This document shows positions 27,666 through 32,548 of a stretch of DNA of 32,548 nucleotides, in pieces (position 1 is the stretch's first letter; each line of letters begins with the position of its first letter). The position numbers and the translations under genes were made by a program. The notes under the pieces are model-generated. The model had not been told where the DNA came from. It was given only the letters and a program-made list of their open reading frames with translations, and searched no databases. Source of the stretch: Spirochaetia bacterium (GTDB lineage: Bacteria > Spirochaetota > Spirochaetia > DSM-27196 > PWMO01); assembly GCA_041686675.1 (NCBI GenBank), contig JAWLDL010000001.1, forward strand, positions 1 to 32,548, given 5' to 3'.

Positions 27666-29340
27666 TCTGCTGATAGTAGACGACGAACCCCTCGAGCGGG
27701 AGGCGCTGCGCTACATCCTTCAGCGGGGATTCGATCGAATCGACACCATCCGTGAAGCATCAAACGGCCGCGAAGCCCTCGAGCTTGTCGCTGAGCATCG
27801 CCCGCAGATTGTCCTCATGGACGTGAAGATGCCCGGCATAAGCGGCGTCAGTGCAACGAGGCGTATTCTTGAGAGTCACCCCCGTACCAAGGTAGTTTTC
27901 CTCACCGCCTACGACTACTTCGAGTATGCGCAGGAGGCCGTGCGGCTTGGAGCGGCAGACTTCATCGTGAAACCGGCGTCCGACGAACGGATCGAGGAGG
28001 TTTTCGGGCGCGTTCTCGCCGAGCTCGACAAGGAGAGCCGCGCTCGCGAGGAGAAGGCGGCGGGCGAGAGGCGCTTGCTGCAGGCCTCCGAATTGCTCAG
28101 GCAGGAGTTCGTCAGGGGCCTCGTTCGTGAGGAGCTCTCACAGGAACAGGTCTCCCAATACCGCGACATTCTGGGATTCGATGCCGACGATCTTACAGTA
28201 GCAGCATCGGTCGAACTCGACTACGATGGATATCCGGCTCGCGTGGAAACGCCCGAGCACCGCCGCGTTCTGCGACGACGCTGCACCAGAGCACTTGCGG
28301 CGCGATTCAACGCGGCGGGCTTCACGGTGCTCGAGGCGCACGAAGGTGAGCACGTTCACCTTCTCCTTCTCGCTGATGAGCAGATGTCGAAGCCGGACGA
28401 CCTGCGAGAGCTTGTTGACACCATAACGCGCGAGGCAGCGGAGACCGTGCGCCGGGAATACTCGATTACCGCCCACATCGGAATCGATCCTAACCCGCGG
28501 CCACCTGAGCTTGCACATCGGGGCTTCCGTCATGCCTCCGTCGCGCGGGCCGAGGCTGTTTCAAGTGGTCGTCCGGTGGTTACCCATAGAAGATCTCCCG
28601 CGCTCGAACGTGAAAGTGGGTATCCCTACGAGCTCGAGGCAGCCCTCTTTGAGGCGGTGCGGGACGGGCGGGCGGAGGACGCGCGTCGCCTTGCGGGTGA
28701 GGCCGCAGATCGGCTGTCCGGGCAGGTGGACAGCCACACCTTCCTGCGCCGGCGGCTCGTGGAGCTGCTGACGGTGATCTCGCGGCGGCTCGAGATAGAT
28801 CTCGCTGAGATCGTGGTCGATGAGGTGCGTGCTCTCGACGTCTATGAAGCGGTCGACTCACCTGCACGACTGCGTGCTCTAACCCTGGAGACTGTGGACG
28901 CCCTGTGTCAAATGCCGCGGAGGAATGCGGCGCCGGGGTCTCACGCGCGAATCGATCATGTTCGCGCCTACATCGAGGTTCACTACAACGAGGAACTCTC
29001 TCTCGAACGCGCCGCAGCGGAAGTACGAATGTCTCCGCCGTATCTCAGCCGCGCCTTCAAGAAGAGCGTCGGAATGAGCTTCGTCGACTACGTCCATGCA
29101 ACGCGCGTACAACGAGCCAGGGCGTTGCTCAGAGACTCCGAGATGAGCGTGAAGGAGATAGCCGCCGCGGTCGGTTTCGCGGACTCCAATTACTTCAGTC
29201 GCGTGTTCAAGCAGCAGACCGGCGTGACACCGAGCGCGTACCGAGACAAACTTGTCTTCCGTGGACAAAATCATGCGGTTCATGAGACCGAGAGAGACCA
29301 GGCGGCTCAAGATTATCCTGCAGATCGTAAATTCCTATAG
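27658..29340 (+). CDS. Response regulator with C-terminal AraC-type HTH (YesN-like)
   Basis: The REC domain is DLLIVDDEP...VLMDVKMPG...KP. The C-terminal AraC domain is VRMSPPYLSRAFKK...IAAAVGFADSNYFSRVFKQQTGVTPSAYR. The start is ambiguous (GTG 27649, ATG 27655, ATG 27658). I chose 27658 because it gives an ATGTATGA overlap with the kinase stop and GGTGA 5 nt upstream. Confidence 0.86.
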   Translation: MYDLLIVDDEPLEREALRYILQRGFDRIDTIREASNGREALELVAEHRPQIVLMDVKMPGISGVSATRRILESHPRTKVVFLTAYDYFEYAQEAVRLGAADFIVKPASDERIEEVFGRVLAELDKESRAREEKAAGERRLLQASELLRQEFVRGLVREELSQEQVSQYRDILGFDADDLTVAASVELDYDGYPARVETPEHRRVLRRRCTRALAARFNAAGFTVLEAHEGEHVHLLLLADEQMSKPDDLRELVDTITREAAETVRREYSITAHIGIDPNPRPPELAHRGFRHASVARAEAVSSGRPVVTHRRSPALERESGYPYELEAALFEAVRDGRAEDARRLAGEAADRLSGQVDSHTFLRRRLVELLTVISRRLEIDLAEIVVDEVRALDVYEAVDSPARLRALTLETVDALCQMPRRNAAPGSHARIDHVRAYIEVHYNEELSLERAAAEVRMSPPYLSRAFKKSVGMSFVDYVHATRVQRARALLRDSEMSVKEIAAAVGFADSNYFSRVFKQQTGVTPSAYRDKLVFRGQNHAVHETERDQAAQDYPADRKFL

Positions 29341-29410
29341 CGCGCGATTCTCGTGGGCAGGGGTACCATGTCAATGAACGCACCACAACAACCCAATAAG
29401 GAGGGTGAAC

Positions 29411-30409
29411 ATGAAAAGACTTGTAGTGCTGATTGCCGTGCTCCTGCTCGCGGGAGTAGTCGGCGCCTTTGCCTCGGGGCAGGGAGAGGCCGAAGAGGAA
29501 ACGCATGTGTTCCGGCTCGCCGAGACGCATGCGCAGGATTATCCGACAACGCAGGGAAACTATCGATTTGCTGAGCTCGTGGAAGAACGCACCGACGGCC
29601 GCATCACGATCGAGGTGTATCCCGACTCGCAGCTCGGAGAGGAGAGCGACGTCATCGAACAGGTTCAGTTCGGTGGTATCGACATGACCCGGGTATCGAT
29701 TTCTCCGGTGTCCGCATTCGTGCCGGAGCTGGACGCCTTCCAGCTGCCCTTCCTCTACCAGGATCCCGACCACATGTGGGAGGTGCTGCTTGGTGAGATC
29801 GGCGACGAGATGTTCGCAGAGCTCGAGGATTCCGGCTTCGTCGGATTGACCTGGTACGATGGCGGCGCACGCAGCTTCTATACGACCGACAAAGTCGAAA
29901 CAGTGGACGACCTCGACGGGCTCAACATCCGCGTTCAGGAAGCCCCGCTGATGATGGACATGGTCGAGCTTCTCGGCGCAGTCCCCACTCCCATGCCTTT
30001 CGGCGAGGTCTACAGCGGTCTTCAGACCGGCGTTATCGACGGCGCCGAGAACAACTGGCCAAGCTACTACTCCACGAGCCATTACGAGGTAGCCGAGTAC
30101 TATCTCGAAAACCGCCACACCATGGTCCCCGAAATCACGATCATGAACAAAGATATCTTCGACGAGCTCTCGGCCGAAGACCAGGAGATCATCAAGCAGG
30201 CAGCGCGAGACTCAATCGACTACCAGCGCGAGCAGTGGGCCGCGTTCGTCGAGGAGTCGAAAGAGGCTGTCCTCGACGCCGGTATCGAGCTGACGCAGCC
30301 CTCAGCCGAGGTGCTTGCTGAGATGCAGGAGCGCATGGAGCCCCTGTACGAGCAACAGCCGGCGAACGTGCAGGAAATGGTCCGACGTATCCAGGCGGTC
30401 CGCGAGTAA
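29411..30409 (+). CDS. dctP: TRAP transporter substrate-binding protein (DctP family)
   Basis: ATG at 29411 with AAGGAGGG 5 nt upstream. Signal peptide is MKRLVVLIAVLLLAGVVGAFA. DctP-family pattern with a conserved carboxylate-binding Arg context (YDGGARSFYT). Followed by the Q and M subunits. Confidence 0.9.
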   Translation: MKRLVVLIAVLLLAGVVGAFASGQGEAEEETHVFRLAETHAQDYPTTQGNYRFAELVEERTDGRITIEVYPDSQLGEESDVIEQVQFGGIDMTRVSISPVSAFVPELDAFQLPFLYQDPDHMWEVLLGEIGDEMFAELEDSGFVGLTWYDGGARSFYTTDKVETVDDLDGLNIRVQEAPLMMDMVELLGAVPTPMPFGEVYSGLQTGVIDGAENNWPSYYSTSHYEVAEYYLENRHTMVPEITIMNKDIFDELSAEDQEIIKQAARDSIDYQREQWAAFVEESKEAVLDAGIELTQPSAEVLAEMQERMEPLYEQQPANVQEMVRRIQAVRE

Positions 30410-30438
30410 CTGCAGGGCCGAAGCCGACAGACACAAAT

Positions 30439-30467
30439 ACGGGCGGTCTCTGCGAGGGGCCGCCCGT
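30439..30467 (+). other. GC-rich intercistronic stem-loop between dctP and dctQ
   Basis: ACGGGCGG (30439-30446) pairs with CCGCCCGT (30460-30467), and further inner pairs (tctc/gagg) are possible. No T-tract follows, so it is not a canonical intrinsic terminator. Confidence 0.4.
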
Positions 30468-30489
30468 TGTGAAAGGAGGTGGCTCGCAG

Positions 30490-31071
30490 ATGCAGTCCCA
30501 CGCGTTACAGCACGTGCGTACCATGATAAACACCGTGTTCCTCGTGCTCATCACGCTGGCCAAGCTGATGATTGTCGGTATGACCGTACTCATCGGGGTG
30601 ATGGTGTTCATGCGGTACGTGATGGGCATGGGTATCCGCTGGGCAAATGAACTTGCCCTACTGCTCCAGGTCTGGTTCACCTTCATCGCCATGGCCCTGG
30701 GGGTGCGGAAACGGCTTCATATCTCCATCAACATCATGCCGGAGAAGCTGTCGGCAACGATCAACTGGGTGCTGACCAAATTGCATGCGCTGATCATCAT
30801 CGGAGTCGGTGTTGTCATGGTCGTCTACGGGCGACAGCTCGTCATATCAACCATGCGCTCGGTCCTCCCGGCCATGGGACTGCGATCGGGCTTCCTCTAT
30901 CTCGCCCTGCCGGTCGGTGGCGCGCTCATTGTACTGGAGTCCCTTCAGGACCTCTTCGGAATAGATCGCCGGGATGAATGGCTGGCACCCTACATCGGCG
31001 AAGAACAGGAGATTCCCGAGGAAGACATCGAGGCAACGCAGACGGAGCTTCTGGAGCACGACCATGGCTGA
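30490..31071 (+). CDS. dctQ: TRAP transporter small permease (DctQ family)
   Basis: ATG at 30490 with AAGGAGGTG 8 nt upstream. 193 aa with four hydrophobic helices and an acidic C-terminal tail. It overlaps the dctM start. Confidence 0.85.
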   Translation: MQSHALQHVRTMINTVFLVLITLAKLMIVGMTVLIGVMVFMRYVMGMGIRWANELALLLQVWFTFIAMALGVRKRLHISINIMPEKLSATINWVLTKLHALIIIGVGVVMVVYGRQLVISTMRSVLPAMGLRSGFLYLALPVGGALIVLESLQDLFGIDRRDEWLAPYIGEEQEIPEEDIEATQTELLEHDHG

Positions 31072-32362
31072 CCACACCATAGCTACGTACCTGCTGATCG
31101 GGTCCTTTCTTCTGCTTATCTTTCTGAAGTTGCCGATCACGTTTGCTCTGGCCGTATCCACGATTGCGACCGCGTTCTATCTCGACGTGAGTCTGCTGAG
31201 CATCGTTCAACGCATGGCATCCGGGGTTCGCATCTTCTCACTCCTCGCAATTCCCTTCTTCATCCTCGCCGGAGAGCTCATGAGCAAGGGGGGTATCGCG
31301 ACCCGGCTCATCAAGTTCTCCAATCTTATCATCGGGCGCCTGCGCGGAGGGCTCGGCCTGGTCAACGTGCTTGCCAGCATGTTCTTCGGCGGTATTTCCG
31401 GTTCGGCTGTGGCCGACGTTTCCTCCATCGGCTCGATCATGATTCCGGTGATGAAGAAGAAAGGATACGATGCGGATTACTCGACCGCGATCACCGTCAC
31501 CAGTGCCTGTCAGGGCATCGTGATACCGCCGAGCCACAATGTGATCATTTATTCGTTGGCGGCAGGAGGCGTGTCGGTCGGTGCGCTGTTTCTTGCCGGG
31601 ATCGTTCCGGGAGTGCTGCTGGGACTCGTTCTCATGGCGCTCAGCTACTGGATCGCGGTGCGCCGGGGATATCCCGCCGAGTCGGGCTATACCCTGAAGG
31701 AAGCCCGCAAAATCGCCCAGGACGCCATGTTCGGACTGCTCACACCGATCATCATCATCGGCGGTGTCATAAGCGGCGTATTTACCGCGACGGAATCGGC
31801 GGCCGTGGCATGTATCTACGCCTTCCTCGTGTCGGCCGGTGTCTACCGGGAGATGAGCCTGCGCCGGTTGTGGAGCGTACTGTACTCAACGCTGCGCACA
31901 CTGGCCATGGTGCTGAGCCTCATCGCAATGGCTAATGCCTTCGGCTGGTTGCTGGCTTTCTTGCGGGTTCCCGCTCTGGTCACTCAGGGGCTGCTCACCA
32001 TCAGCGACAACCCCATCGTGCTGCTGCTGTTGATCAACGTCATGCTGTTGCTTCTGGGAATGATCATGGACATGGCACCGCTGATCGTCATAACGACGCC
32101 GATTCTCTTTCCGGTGGTTGTGACCGAAATCGGCATGAGCCCGATTCAGTTCGGGATCCTTATGATGCTCAACCTCGGCATAGGGCTGGCTACGCCGCCC
32201 GTGGGTACCGGGCTATTCGTGGGCTGTGCGGTTGGTGGAACCACGATCGAGAAGGCTACCAGGGCGATGCTTCCGATGTATGCTGCGATGATACTTGTAC
32301 TGCTCCTCGTCACCTTTATTCCGGCAATTTCGATGACCGTTCCCAACTGGTTCATGAACTGA
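31064..32362 (+). CDS. dctM: TRAP transporter large permease (DctM family)
   Basis: Trimmed to the ATG at 31064, with an ATGGCTGA overlap with the dctQ stop. 432 aa and polytopic. Typical DctM motifs: FFILAGELMSKGGI, FFGGISGSAVADVSS. Confidence 0.93.
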   Translation: MADHTIATYLLIGSFLLLIFLKLPITFALAVSTIATAFYLDVSLLSIVQRMASGVRIFSLLAIPFFILAGELMSKGGIATRLIKFSNLIIGRLRGGLGLVNVLASMFFGGISGSAVADVSSIGSIMIPVMKKKGYDADYSTAITVTSACQGIVIPPSHNVIIYSLAAGGVSVGALFLAGIVPGVLLGLVLMALSYWIAVRRGYPAESGYTLKEARKIAQDAMFGLLTPIIIIGGVISGVFTATESAAVACIYAFLVSAGVYREMSLRRLWSVLYSTLRTLAMVLSLIAMANAFGWLLAFLRVPALVTQGLLTISDNPIVLLLLINVMLLLLGMIMDMAPLIVITTPILFPVVVTEIGMSPIQFGILMMLNLGIGLATPPVGTGLFVGCAVGGTTIEKATRAMLPMYAAMILVLLLVTFIPAISMTVPNWFMN

Positions 32363-32429
32363 TGCCGGCGAGGTCGCGATGGCGGCGGCGTGCATCTGCG
32401 CCTTCCTCGTCTCGCCGTCGCGCGCGGCC

Positions 32430-32548
32430 TCAGAGCTTATCGATGAGCATCGAGCACTTGCCCGAGGGAATGGGCAGCGTTTTCTTCTTCTCGCGGAGAA
32501 TATCGATCGTGAAGTAGTAAAGCTTCTCGGACTCCAGGCGGATCTCCC
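32430..32548 (-). CDS. C-terminal end of an unidentified protein (5' part off the right edge)
   Basis: The minus-strand frame is open from the window edge to TGA (32432-32430). Translation is ...EIRLESEKLYYFTIDILREKKKTLPIPSGKCSMLIDKL. The codon usage looks coding. I do not recognise a family. Confidence 0.35.
   Translation of the reverse strand, partial: EIRLESEKLYYFTIDILREKKKTLPIPSGKCSMLIDKL

Overview
GC-rich, strongly GC3-biased bacterial chromosome segment covering the replication-origin neighbourhood. I see almost entirely housekeeping genes and no convincing novel multi-gene system.

Gene order, left to right:
- Truncated membrane protein (-), hotdog thioesterase, and 3-methyladenine glycosylase (mpg).
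- parB and parA (-), a NUDIX hydrolase, adenosine deaminase (add), and a YigZ/IMPACT protein (-).
- gyrA and gyrB (-), divergent from dnaA-dnaN-recF-DUF721(DciA-like)-rpmH-rnpA-yidC-jag (+).
- Glycine cleavage operon gcvT-gcvH-gcvPA-gcvPB.
- GNAT acetyltransferase, UPF0149/YgfB-like protein, and wrbA.
- Lipoprotein-signal nitroreductase-fold protein (-) and an SDR oxidoreductase.
- YesM/YesN-like histidine kinase plus AraC-type response regulator.
- TRAP transporter dctPQM, then a truncated convergent ORF.

I found no rRNA, tRNA, CRISPR array, transposase, integrase or phage genes by eye.

The most interesting signals are non-coding:
- Two perfect parS palindromes.
- Three separate DnaA-box clusters: gyrB-dnaA, dnaA-dnaN and jag-gcvT.
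- A DnaA-trio-like (CTA)n run next to an AT-rich tract in the dnaA-dnaN spacer.
- A perfect TGTGA-N6-TCACA palindrome upstream of add.
- A recurrent TATACT -10-like hexamer, including one only 10 nt from the parA ATG.

The many long ORFs antisense to real genes are treated as GC3 artefacts. Taxon cannot be fixed by eye. The long periplasmic-domain YidC and lipobox proteins suggest a diderm, and the divergent gyrBA/dnaA layout is compatible with, but does not prove, a spirochaete-like lineage.
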